DNA from: Candidatus Physcousia equi
Lineage (GTDB): Bacteria; Bacteroidota; Bacteroidia; Bacteroidales; Bacteroidaceae
Assembly (NCBI GenBank): GCA_018065005.1
Contig: JAGHUD010000002.1
Location: 987 to 64,986 of the forward strand
Length of the DNA: 64,000 nt
Direction: 5' to 3'
Part shown: piece after piece, positions 9,691 to 18,680 of the stretch
Position numbering within the stretch: position 1 is the first letter of the stretch
How the letters are laid out: each line of letters begins with the position of its first letter
Program-made: the position numbers and the translations under genes
The notes under the pieces: generated by a model
The model's input: the letters and a program-made list of their open reading frames with translations, nothing else
The model's database searches: none
What the model was told of the DNA's origin: nothing

Positions 9691-12647
9691 GTCTGCTTGT
9701 TCGCTAGGAAAGGAAGCACTGCATCAACCAAGTTTTTCTTGCGATCCTGCAGGGCAAGAATCTGTTCTTCAATGGTGCCTTGCGTGATGAATCGATAGAC
9801 GAAAACCTTACGTTCTTGCCCGATGCGGTAGGCGCGGCTGATGGCTTGTTCCTCCACCGCCAAGTTCCACCAAGGATTGAGCAGAAAGATATAGTCGGCA
9901 GAGGTGAGGTTTAGTCCCACGCCACCAGCCTTCAGCGAGATAAGAAAGAACTGATGTTCAGCAGACGACTCAAAATGGTTGACGATTCGTTCCCTATGCT
10001 GCGTTTCGCCTGTGAGCAGCGAATATCCCCACTTGCGTTGTTCCATTTCCGAAGCAATCAGTTCGAGATAAGAGACGTATTCGCTGAAGATAAGTACCTT
10101 ATGCCCTGAGCCATGCAAAGCAGCTAATTTCATTAGGACCGTCTCCGTCTTGGCAGAAGGGGTATCAAAACCCGTGAGGCGTGGGTCGCTGGCCGTTTGT
10201 CGAAGTCGTCCGATTGCTGCCAGAACATTCAGCTGCCCGGACTGACAGTGTCCTGTGCTTAACGCTTCATCCAAATCAGGCACGGAGCACAGTACCGTGT
10301 TTCTTGCTGCGGAGAGTTCCTTTTCGTATCGATATTCTTGTTCCTCCCCCATTTTACACAATACGATTTCGTCTTGTCTTGATGGAAGATCTGTGAGCAC
10401 ATCCTCCTTCCTTCTGCCGAGGAAAAAAGGGGCTATGGTGCGCCGCAGTATTTGCGTGCGCATGTCCTCCAGTGACTCCTTGATGGGGTTTATGAAGTTC
10501 TGCTGGAATGTTTTGAAGTCGCCCAGCAAGTTCGGGTTGAGCACATTCATCAAGCTCCACAGTTCCGGCAGATTGTTTTCCATCGGGGTGCCACTGAGCG
10601 CAATGCGCTGAATAGCTTTGATGCGTTGGATGGCTTGATAGACTTGCGAACTCCTGTTCTTGAAGGTCTGGCTTTCATCAAAGACAGCTATGCCGAACTC
10701 TCCCGTAGAGAGCCATTCTATGTCGTTGACAGCCGTGCGATACCCCATGATGACGACGTCCCACTGCATCAGGCACTCTTGTTTTCTCATTCTATTAGCC
10801 AGGGTTCCTGTGTACTCGCATACCGAAAGGCTCGGCGCAAAGCGTTTCAATTCGTTTCTCCAATTGAATACGAGCGACGATGGACAGAGGATGATGTTCG
10901 TTCGATAGGGGTGGCAAAGTTCTTCTTTCTTTGGGGAACTATTCTGTTGGTTGTCGGCAAAGAAATCAGAAAAGAGATCCTCTATTTGGAGTTGTCTGCC
11001 CTGGTCTTTCCGTGCAGCCGTAGTTCTGACCTTCTTGTTGTTCAGACTTTCTTCCTTGTATTTTAGCAACAGAGCAATGGTCTGTACCGTCTTTCCCAAT
11101 CCCATGTCGTCCGCCAGGCAGCATCCGCAGGTGGCAGCAAAGTTGTGGAGCAACCAATGGAATCCAAACCTTTGATAAGGGCGGAGCGTAGTCTTAAGTT
11201 GTTTTGGACAGCTTTCCTCCTCCTGCACGTTGGTGATAAGTGCCAACTCATCCTCCATGTCGCTTATGCTCGGGCTGAGCGATGCCAATTGGGTGCGGTG
11301 CAGCACAATGGCATCCCCTCTGCTCCCTGCCACCATCAGCATCCCCCCATACTCGGCAAACCACTCCGTGGGGATGATGAAGATCTTTCCGTCGGGCAGT
11401 TCAACCTCCTCCTCTCCCGCAAGTATGGCATGCCGGAAATAGAGGAACGGAACCGTGGTGCCATTTTCAAACTTAATCTGTATGTGCAGGTGCAGCCAGT
11501 CTGTTATCCACATCTTACTTTGCAAAATGCGGAATGTTCCAATGTAGTACTCACGAATACTGGATTGCCATATCGTGGTTTGTCCTAACTGGTCGATGTC
11601 AGCTTTATGTTGGCAGAGCCACCTAATGGCATCCACATTGTTGTCAAAAAACCTTGTGTCGGCAACCGAGCCCTCGTCATCTTTTGGCCAAGCATCGTCC
11701 AGTTGGCAGAAACGCTCCTTCATCCCTTGTTCCCAAACGGAGTCTCGACAAATCCGGACGAAGCGGAAGCTGTCGTCTGCCTCTTCCAGCGTCACCGAAC
11801 ATCTCTGGTTGCTGTTCTCGCCAAATGTGAGGTGGGCATATCGGAAGCGAAGGATGATGGCCGTCTTGTGGGTGAACGTCTGTTCTACGCACACCAGCAA
11901 ACCTCGATTCGTCTCTTTCTCTACGATGTCAAAACCGATTGCCTCAATCTCAGTCTTTCTGATGTTCTTCAGTATGAATTTCTGGAAATACTCTTTTTCT
12001 GCTCTTTTGGGAATGAAGATTTCATCCTTTTCGATGAATGGTCTCAGCAGTAGAGCAGAAAAGTCCTCGCCCAATGTGTGGAGCATCATCCCTACGCCTT
12101 CCTCTCTTTTTGTTACGATCAGTCCAGGTGTATTGGTCAGGATCTCTGGCTTGAGTTGACGGATGTTTACGGTCTTGTCTTTCATGCTTAACCGCAACCG
12201 GTAGATGATGCCCGACTCCGTTCTTTCAAAACTCATCATAGGCACAGCCTCCTCATCGGCCATCATTAGCGCCTCGTCCTGAGTCATCTCTCTCCTTGCA
12301 GTGCGAAGAAAGATGGGCAAGTGCAATGCCTGAGCATGCCTTATGCCATTCATGATGCGTTTGTCCACAACCCTCCTCACGTACCTTTTCATCGCGTTGT
12401 CAGCTTCTTTCCAGAACTTTTCTGGTTTGCGAAACGCTTTCTTTCCAAAGGTATTAAACAGTTCTTCCTCGCTGAGACTTCTGCAGATGCGCAGCAATGC
12501 TTTCGTCTCCAAGCTGTTTGCGTCTTCCTCATCAGCTGCCCCAGCCACCTTGATCACACCTCCTTCTTCTCTGACTACCAAAAGCGTCAAGGTGCAGAGG
12601 TCCCAATTCTTCAATCTCGATACGGATAGAATAAGTCGTTCTTGCAT
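9687..12647 (-). CDS. SNF2-family DEAD/DEAH-box helicase with a long N-terminal domain of unknown function
   Basis: 986 aa. C-terminal half carries SNF2 motifs (LADDMGLGKTVQ, DESQTFKN, LSGTPMENN) and helicase-C motifs (SLKAGGVGLNLTSADYIFLLNPWWN, QAISRAYRIGQ). Confidence 0.85.
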   Translation of the reverse strand: MQERLILSVSRLKNWDLCTLTLLVVREEGGVIKVAGAADEEDANSLETKALLRICRSLSEEELFNTFGKKAFRKPEKFWKEADNAMKRYVRRVVDKRIMNGIRHAQALHLPIFLRTARREMTQDEALMMADEEAVPMMSFERTESGIIYRLRLSMKDKTVNIRQLKPEILTNTPGLIVTKREEGVGMMLHTLGEDFSALLLRPFIEKDEIFIPKRAEKEYFQKFILKNIRKTEIEAIGFDIVEKETNRGLLVCVEQTFTHKTAIILRFRYAHLTFGENSNQRCSVTLEEADDSFRFVRICRDSVWEQGMKERFCQLDDAWPKDDEGSVADTRFFDNNVDAIRWLCQHKADIDQLGQTTIWQSSIREYYIGTFRILQSKMWITDWLHLHIQIKFENGTTVPFLYFRHAILAGEEEVELPDGKIFIIPTEWFAEYGGMLMVAGSRGDAIVLHRTQLASLSPSISDMEDELALITNVQEEESCPKQLKTTLRPYQRFGFHWLLHNFAATCGCCLADDMGLGKTVQTIALLLKYKEESLNNKKVRTTAARKDQGRQLQIEDLFSDFFADNQQNSSPKKEELCHPYRTNIILCPSSLVFNWRNELKRFAPSLSVCEYTGTLANRMRKQECLMQWDVVIMGYRTAVNDIEWLSTGEFGIAVFDESQTFKNRSSQVYQAIQRIKAIQRIALSGTPMENNLPELWSLMNVLNPNLLGDFKTFQQNFINPIKESLEDMRTQILRRTIAPFFLGRRKEDVLTDLPSRQDEIVLCKMGEEQEYRYEKELSAARNTVLCSVPDLDEALSTGHCQSGQLNVLAAIGRLRQTASDPRLTGFDTPSAKTETVLMKLAALHGSGHKVLIFSEYVSYLELIASEMEQRKWGYSLLTGETQHRERIVNHFESSAEHQFFLISLKAGGVGLNLTSADYIFLLNPWWNLAVEEQAISRAYRIGQERKVFVYRFITQGTIEEQILALQDRKKNLVDAVLPFLANKQT

Positions 12648-12824
12648 AGTCTGTATGTGTAGAGAACCAAACAGAAAGGAGCGCCTATCTGGTCTCCCAA
12701 GATCGAACCAAACTGCAGCAAGCCATCACATCGAGTGTCTTTTCAAAAAAGTAGTACATTGGCATTGCCCCCCCTATATATAATTAAGGTGTAGGAAGCG
12801 CTTTGGCGCGGATTGATATAGGGC

Positions 12825-13394
12825 TCAGTATAACTCGTCAGTGAAGAGAAAATCGTGGGGCGCATCGGCTAGGTTCGCATGGCGGAGGTCCTTTTGGCTG
12901 AGCAGAGCGTCAGCGACAGGTATGCGCCAGTCTATGTTGAGCGAAGCGTCCTTGATGTTGATGCCGGCATCCGCTTCAGGGTGATAGAAGTTGTCGCATT
13001 TATATTGGAAAACCGCAGTCTTGCTGAGCACAGCAAAGCCGTGAGCGAAACCGCGAGGCACGAAGAACTGTCGATGGTTCTCCTCTGTGAGTTCTACGGC
13101 AACATGCTGTCCGAAGGTAGGACTCCCCCAGCGTATGTCCACGGCGACATCGAGCACAGCTCCCTTGACGCACCGCACTAATTTCGATTGTGTGTAGGGC
13201 ATACGTTGGTAGTGTAAGCCACGCATCACGCCATAGGAACTCATAGACTCGTTGTCTTGCACGAATTGAACGGGGAAGACCTTTTCGTCAAATTCGCGCT
13301 GTGAGAAAGACTCGAAGAAGTAGCCGCGCTCGTCGCGAAAGACGTGGGGCTCTATGATAAGGGGGCCATCGATAGCCGTTTTGATGATTTCCAT
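12825..13394 (-). CDS. rfbC: dTDP-4-dehydrorhamnose 3,5-epimerase
   Basis: 189 aa. The RmlC cupin pattern (DERGYFFESF...RGLHYQ...KLVRCVKGAVLDVAVDIR...FVPRGFAHGF) is recognisable. Confidence 0.9.
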   Translation of the reverse strand: MEIIKTAIDGPLIIEPHVFRDERGYFFESFSQREFDEKVFPVQFVQDNESMSSYGVMRGLHYQRMPYTQSKLVRCVKGAVLDVAVDIRWGSPTFGQHVAVELTEENHRQFFVPRGFAHGFAVLSKTAVFQYKCDNFYHPEADAGINIKDASLNIDWRIPVADALLSQKDLRHANLADAPHDFLFTDELY

Positions 13395-13444
13395 CTCTGT
13401 GTAGGGGTCGGTCTTTGGTGAAGGATTTGTTTTTGGCAGTTTGG

Positions 13445-14359
13445 CTATTGCTGATTTTTCAGATTTTTCAGGCAGAGTTCGAGGCTATCAGTCCAATAGG
13501 GAATGGTGACGCCAAAGGTGCGCTTGAACTTTGTCTTGTCGAGCACGCTGTATGCAGGTCGTTTGACAGGAGAGGGAAACTCCTCGCTGTGGCAAGGCAG
13601 GATGTTGCAGCTTGTGTGCCCGGCAAGTTGTGCAATTCTGATGGTGAAGTCATACCACGAGCAGACGCCCTCGTTTGAGAAGTGATACACACCACCATGG
13701 GAGAAGTCGGAAGGTTGAGCAGCATAGTCGTTCAGCACCGTCAGGATAGCTTCAGCCAAGTCACCCGCGTATGTCGGTGTGCCACATTGGTCAAATACCA
13801 CGTTCAGACTCGGTTTTGTGTCGGTGAGCATGAGCATGGTCTTGACGAAATTCTTTCCATCTTCGCTGTAGAGCCATGCCGTGCGCAAGATGATATGCTT
13901 GACGCCAGTAGCGATGATGTTCTCCTCGCCATGCAGTTTTGTTCTGCCATAGACACCCGTAGGCGTGCCCCGTTGCTCCTCCTTGCAGGGCGTGTTATAT
14001 GGTTCAGCCCCAAAGACGTAGTCGGTAGAGATGTGGACGAGCAGTCCATCCACCTCCTTCATCGCCATGGCGAGCAAGCGAGGAGCCTCTGCATTAAGGC
14101 GATCAGCCAGTTCTGCCAATTCGGGGTTCGTTTCGCACGCATCCACATTAGTCCATGCAGCGCAGTTGACGATGGCATCCACCCCCTCTTTGGCCACGAT
14201 TTGTCGTATGGCATCCAGGTTCGTGATGTCCAGATAGACGGTGTCTTGTCCTTCCTGTTCGTTGACATCCGTGAAGATGAAAACATGCTCGCTGTTTGCT
14301 GCGCAGCGTCTCATGGCGTTGCCTAATTGTCCGTTGGCTCCTGTGACGAGAATCTTCAT
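13445..14359 (-). CDS. rfbD: dTDP-4-dehydrorhamnose reductase
   Basis: 304 aa. MKILVTGANGQLG Rossmann start, STDYVF and YGRTK motifs. Confidence 0.9.
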   Translation of the reverse strand: MKILVTGANGQLGNAMRRCAANSEHVFIFTDVNEQEGQDTVYLDITNLDAIRQIVAKEGVDAIVNCAAWTNVDACETNPELAELADRLNAEAPRLLAMAMKEVDGLLVHISTDYVFGAEPYNTPCKEEQRGTPTGVYGRTKLHGEENIIATGVKHIILRTAWLYSEDGKNFVKTMLMLTDTKPSLNVVFDQCGTPTYAGDLAEAILTVLNDYAAQPSDFSHGGVYHFSNEGVCSWYDFTIRIAQLAGHTSCNILPCHSEEFPSPVKRPAYSVLDKTKFKRTFGVTIPYWTDSLELCLKNLKNQQ

Positions 14360-14362
14360 GGC

Positions 14363-15499
14363 TTATCGGTTTGCGTACATCGACTCGTAATACTTCTCAT
14401 ACTCACCGCTCGTGATGCGTTCCATCCAATCCTGGTGGTCGAGATACCAGCGCACGGTGCGCTCGATGCCCTCCTCAAATTGCAGCGAAGGCTCCCATCC
14501 CAGTTCGCGTTGCAGCTTGCGTGAGTCAATGGCGTAGCGCATGTCATGTCCCGCTCTGTCGGTCACATAAGTGATGAGGTTCATGTCTTCCCCCTCTGTG
14601 CGTCCAAGCAGGCGGTCCACCGTCTTGATCACCACTTTGATGATGTCGATGTTCTTCCATTCGTTAAATCCGCCGATGTTATACGTCTCCGCCACCTTTC
14701 CCTTGTGGAAGATGCAGTCGATGGCACGCGCGTGGTCCTCCACATAGAGCCAGTCGCGCACGTTTTCCCCTTTGCCATACACAGGCAGTGGCTTGCGTAG
14801 CCGTATGTTGTTGATGAAAAGCGGAATGAGTTTTTCTGGGAACTGATAGGGCCCATAGTTGTTCGAGCAGTTCGTGACGATGGTAGGCATGCCATACGTG
14901 TCGTGAAAGGCACGCACGAAATGGTCGCTCGAAGCCTTTGAAGCCGAGTAGGGCGAGTGCGGGTTGTATTTTGTTGTCTCGAGGAAGAACGCCTCGCCAT
15001 AAGCCTCATGATGCGATCCGCTCGACGCCGCCGTGGTGAAGGGAGGCGTGATGCCCTCAGGGTGTGTCATCTCCAGAGCCCCATACACCTCGTCTGTAGA
15101 GATGTGATAGAATCGTTTTCCCTCATACTTTTCAGGCAGCGACTCCCAATAGAGCTTTGCAGCCTGCAAGAGCGACAGGGTCCCCATCACGTTGGTGCGG
15201 GCAAAGGTAAAGGGGTCCTTGATGCTGCGGTCCACATGGCTCTCAGCAGCGAGATGGATGATGCCATCTACCTGTTTCTTCTGCATGAGGTCAAGGAAAG
15301 CCTCAAAGTCGCAGATGTCCATCTTGACAAACTCATAGTTGGGCATTCCTTCTATGTCGCGCAGGTTTTCCAGGTTGCCGGCATAGGTGAGTTTGTCGAG
15401 GTTGATGATATGATAGTCTGGGTATTTGTTCACGAAGAGGCGAACAACATGGCTACCGATGAAACCCGCTCCCCCCGTGATGACCAATGTTCTCTTCAT
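14363..15499 (-). CDS. rfbB: dTDP-glucose 4,6-dehydratase
   Basis: 378 aa. GGAGFIGSH, ISTDEVYG and YSASKASSDH (YxxxK) motifs. Confidence 0.92.
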   Translation of the reverse strand: MKRTLVITGGAGFIGSHVVRLFVNKYPDYHIINLDKLTYAGNLENLRDIEGMPNYEFVKMDICDFEAFLDLMQKKQVDGIIHLAAESHVDRSIKDPFTFARTNVMGTLSLLQAAKLYWESLPEKYEGKRFYHISTDEVYGALEMTHPEGITPPFTTAASSGSHHEAYGEAFFLETTKYNPHSPYSASKASSDHFVRAFHDTYGMPTIVTNCSNNYGPYQFPEKLIPLFINNIRLRKPLPVYGKGENVRDWLYVEDHARAIDCIFHKGKVAETYNIGGFNEWKNIDIIKVVIKTVDRLLGRTEGEDMNLITYVTDRAGHDMRYAIDSRKLQRELGWEPSLQFEEGIERTVRWYLDHQDWMERITSGEYEKYYESMYANR

Positions 15500-15615
15500 A
15501 GTTTTCTTTCTTATTTTAATAAGTCGAATGTGATTATTTCATGTTTCATGGTGGTGATGCCATCATCGCCTCACCTCGTTTTTCTCTCTGTCAAGGCTGC
15601 CCATGCAGCTCTCCT

Positions 15616-16728
15616 TCACTCTTTGTCGGTCTTTTTGTGCTCAGCCATGAAGTCGTCGAGCGTTCCGCCCGTCATCTTGAGAAACACCGAACGTGCCGTT
15701 TTTGTCGTTCCGAAGCCCGCATCGATGGTCTCACTGATGAGGCGCACCTGACCTCTCACAATCAGCCGTTTGAGTTCCTCCGTGCGATAGGCATTGAGGT
15801 ATTCGTGCGTGTCGTTGTATCCCTGGCTGCGCACACACTGCAAGAGCAAGTGTCGGTTCAGTCCCACTTGTTCGCAGAGCACATCTCGGTTGAAGGTAGG
15901 CTGTGTCCATTCCTCTCGGTGGTTCTGCATCCAGTATTCCACCCGTTGGAAGCGTTGTAGGTTCGCCTCGTTGAAGTCCTCTTCCTCCTCCTTGTTTGGC
16001 TCCACGGGTTGTGGCTCCTTTTCCACCTTGGCAATCGTCGGTTTCGGCAGATGCATCGCCATTGTCTCCAGGGTGCGGAAGCATAGATAGAGGTTGAGCA
16101 GTGTGAAGGCAATAAGATAGATGATGATGAGCACCGCGTTGTAGCTCAGCAACGTGGATATGTAGAACAACCCTGTTGTGCCGAGTGCCGTGCAGTAGCC
16201 CTTGACATAGCGTGGCAACTGAGCCCTGTGTGCCAGTCGCGTGGGCAATCTCAGGATGTTGATGACATAATAGGCACTCAGCCCCAGTGTAGCAAGTCGC
16301 ATCAGCATGTCGAAGCTCAACCAGTGGGAGCACATCTCGCCCATGGTGAACGCCTGGAAGGGTTCCATGCCCATCAGCATAGCAGCCCCATAGGCAGCCA
16401 TGAGCAAGAGCAGCGGTGTGGCGTACTTCCACATACGTCCCCATTGCAGATAGGCAGGCATGGGGATGCTCAGTGGGTAGATACTCTGCAGAAAGGCCGT
16501 CGACGCCAATGCGAACAGCATCAGAGGGTGTGCGATGCCGGGGTTGGTGTTGAAGTGTTGGTGGATGGGCAGTAGCGCAAACATGGCTACGCCAAATATG
16601 CCGAGAATCCAGGTCAAGGCCAGATACTGCACCTTGTGTCGCGCAAAAAGAGCCATCACAGAAGCCATGATGGTTGTCGAGACGGCACAGGTGGTCAATA
16701 TGAGGAGTATGGCGAGGTCATTCATCAT
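15616..16728 (-). CDS. membrane-anchored AraC-family transcriptional regulator
   Basis: 370 aa. The first ~230 aa consist of multiple hydrophobic helices. The C-terminal ~100 aa look like an AraC-type HTH (LCEQVGLNRHLLLQCV...DAGFGTTKTARSVF). Confidence 0.75.
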   Translation of the reverse strand: MMNDLAILLILTTCAVSTTIMASVMALFARHKVQYLALTWILGIFGVAMFALLPIHQHFNTNPGIAHPLMLFALASTAFLQSIYPLSIPMPAYLQWGRMWKYATPLLLLMAAYGAAMLMGMEPFQAFTMGEMCSHWLSFDMLMRLATLGLSAYYVINILRLPTRLAHRAQLPRYVKGYCTALGTTGLFYISTLLSYNAVLIIIYLIAFTLLNLYLCFRTLETMAMHLPKPTIAKVEKEPQPVEPNKEEEEDFNEANLQRFQRVEYWMQNHREEWTQPTFNRDVLCEQVGLNRHLLLQCVRSQGYNDTHEYLNAYRTEELKRLIVRGQVRLISETIDAGFGTTKTARSVFLKMTGGTLDDFMAEHKKTDKE

Positions 16729-16747
16729 TCTTGTTCTTTATCGTTTG

Positions 16748-16755
16748 CAAATATA
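16748..16755 (-). promoter_or_regulatory. candidate -7 box (TATATTTG on minus) for the AraC-type gene
   Basis: CAAATATA on +, 20 nt upstream of the ATG at 16728. Confidence 0.45.
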
Positions 16756-16829
16756 CGCTTTTTTGCGCAATGTGGCAACGTTTGTGCGCTTTTTTTTATA
16801 TTATTGTTTTTTTATTAAATAAAAATGTC

Positions 16830-16837
16830 TACCTTTG
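16830..16837 (+). promoter_or_regulatory. candidate -7 box TACCTTTG for the acyl-CoA ligase gene
   Basis: Exact TAnnTTTG 29 nt upstream of the ATG at 16866. It lies inside the track's N-terminal extension, which supports 16866 as the start. Confidence 0.5.
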
Positions 16838-16865
16838 TACCACTAATGTCGAAAAAGAAACAGTT

Positions 16866-18674
16866 ATGCTCAACACCCAACCCCTTTCACGACTCATTGC
16901 TTCCCAGGCAGAGACCTACGGCAAGCGCACAGCATTGCGCTATCGCGACTACAACAAAGGCATCTGGAAGGACATCTCCTGGAGCGAGTTTGCGCGCAGG
17001 GCTCGTGCCACCTCCAACGCCCTTCTCGAATGGGGTGTAGGCGAGCAGGAGAACGTGGCAGTCTTTGCTCAGAACATGGTCGAGAACCTATTTGTCGACT
17101 TCGGCTGCTATGCCATCCGTGCCGTGAGCATTCCGTTCTATGCCACCTCAAGCGAGTCGCAGGTCAAGTATATGATCAACGATGCCAGCATCCGCTACGT
17201 CTTTGTTGGCGAGCAGTATCAGTACGACATTGCCTTTCGTGTCTTCAAGATGTGTCCCACCCTCAAGCGTCTCGTCATCACCGACAAGAGTGTGCAGAAG
17301 CATCCGCAGGACACCATGAGCCTCTACTTCGACGATTTCCTCGCATTGGGAGCCGACGACAAGCACGCAGCCGAGATAGAGCGCCGCACCAACGCCATGC
17401 AGGAAGACGACCTTGCCAACATCCTCTACACGAGTGGAACGACCGGGCTGAGCAAGGGCGTCATGCTCACCCATCGCATGTATAATGCCATCCTCAAGTC
17501 TCAGGACCGTGCCCTTCCGCTCACCGACAAGGATGTCGTCCTCAACTTCCTTCCCTTCACCCACGTCTTCGAGCGCGCCTGGAGTTATTGGTGCATAGCC
17601 AAGGGATGCACCCTCTGCGTCAACCTTCGTCCTGCCGATGTGCTTCGCTCGCTCAAGGAGGTGCACCCCACCTGCATGTGTGCCGTGCCCCGTTTCTGGG
17701 AGAAGGTCTATGCCGGAGTCAACGAGAAGATCCGCACGAGCAGCGCCCTGCAGCGCAAGATGATACTCGATGCCCTGAAGGTGGGCACCGAATACAACGT
17801 CAAGTACAAGCTGCGCGGCCTCGTTCCGCCCCTCGGCTTGCGCATGAAGTATAAACTCTACGAGAAAACCATCATCTCCCTCCTCAAGAAGCAGTTGGGC
17901 TTCGAGCGCGGCAATTTCTTCCCCACAGCCGGCTCCAGCATCCCCCAGGAGGTGGAGACCTTCGTGCACGCCGCCGGCATCAACATGGTCAGCGGCTACG
18001 GACTCACCGAGTCCACCGCCACCGTCTCCTGCGACTGCGCCGGAAAGACCAAGACCATCGGTTCGGTGGGTCGTCTGCTCGACTGCATCGAAATCAAGTT
18101 CGGCGAGAACAACGAGATACTCCTCAAGGGTCCCACCATCACCAAGGGCTACTACCGCAAGCAAGAGGTCACCGACCTTGCCATCGACAGCGAGGGATGG
18201 TTCCACACCGGCGATGCCGGCTATATGGAGAACGGCGAGCTCTTCCTCACCGACCGCATCAAGGATCTCTTCAAGACGAGCAATGGCAAGTACATTGCCC
18301 CGCAGCTCATCGAGACCAAGATAGTCGTCGACCGCTTCATCGACCAGATTGTCATCATTGCCGATAAGCGCAAGTTCGTCTCCGCACTCATCATCCCCGA
18401 CTATCCCCTGCTCGAAGAGGAGGCAAAGCGCCGCGGCATCGCCTTCAAGGATCGTGCCGACCTCTGCCAGAACGAGCAGATCAACCAGTTCTACATGGAG
18501 CGCATCGACACGCTGCAGCAGGAGTTCGCCCACTACGAGCAGATCAAGTGTGTCACCCTCCTGCCCGAAGCCTTTTCGCTTGAGAAGGGTGAACTGACCA
18601 ATACGCTCAAGATAAAGCGACCCGTCATCAACGAGAACTACAAGCTTCAGATAGAAGCTATGTATAAAGAATAA
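16866..18674 (+). CDS. long-chain fatty acid--CoA ligase (AMP-binding enzyme)
   Basis: AMP-binding signature YTSGTTGLSKGV, later GYGLTES and TGD...DRIKD motifs. Confidence 0.85.
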   Translation: MLNTQPLSRLIASQAETYGKRTALRYRDYNKGIWKDISWSEFARRARATSNALLEWGVGEQENVAVFAQNMVENLFVDFGCYAIRAVSIPFYATSSESQVKYMINDASIRYVFVGEQYQYDIAFRVFKMCPTLKRLVITDKSVQKHPQDTMSLYFDDFLALGADDKHAAEIERRTNAMQEDDLANILYTSGTTGLSKGVMLTHRMYNAILKSQDRALPLTDKDVVLNFLPFTHVFERAWSYWCIAKGCTLCVNLRPADVLRSLKEVHPTCMCAVPRFWEKVYAGVNEKIRTSSALQRKMILDALKVGTEYNVKYKLRGLVPPLGLRMKYKLYEKTIISLLKKQLGFERGNFFPTAGSSIPQEVETFVHAAGINMVSGYGLTESTATVSCDCAGKTKTIGSVGRLLDCIEIKFGENNEILLKGPTITKGYYRKQEVTDLAIDSEGWFHTGDAGYMENGELFLTDRIKDLFKTSNGKYIAPQLIETKIVVDRFIDQIVIIADKRKFVSALIIPDYPLLEEEAKRRGIAFKDRADLCQNEQINQFYMERIDTLQQEFAHYEQIKCVTLLPEAFSLEKGELTNTLKIKRPVINENYKLQIEAMYKE

Positions 18675-18680
18675 TGTAGT

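Noticed and set aside
12825-15499. rfbC-rfbD-rfbB cluster lacking rfbA as a possible unusual pathway
   Set aside because: rfbA is commonly encoded elsewhere in Bacteroidales genomes. Absence from a 64-kb window is not evidence of anything unusual.
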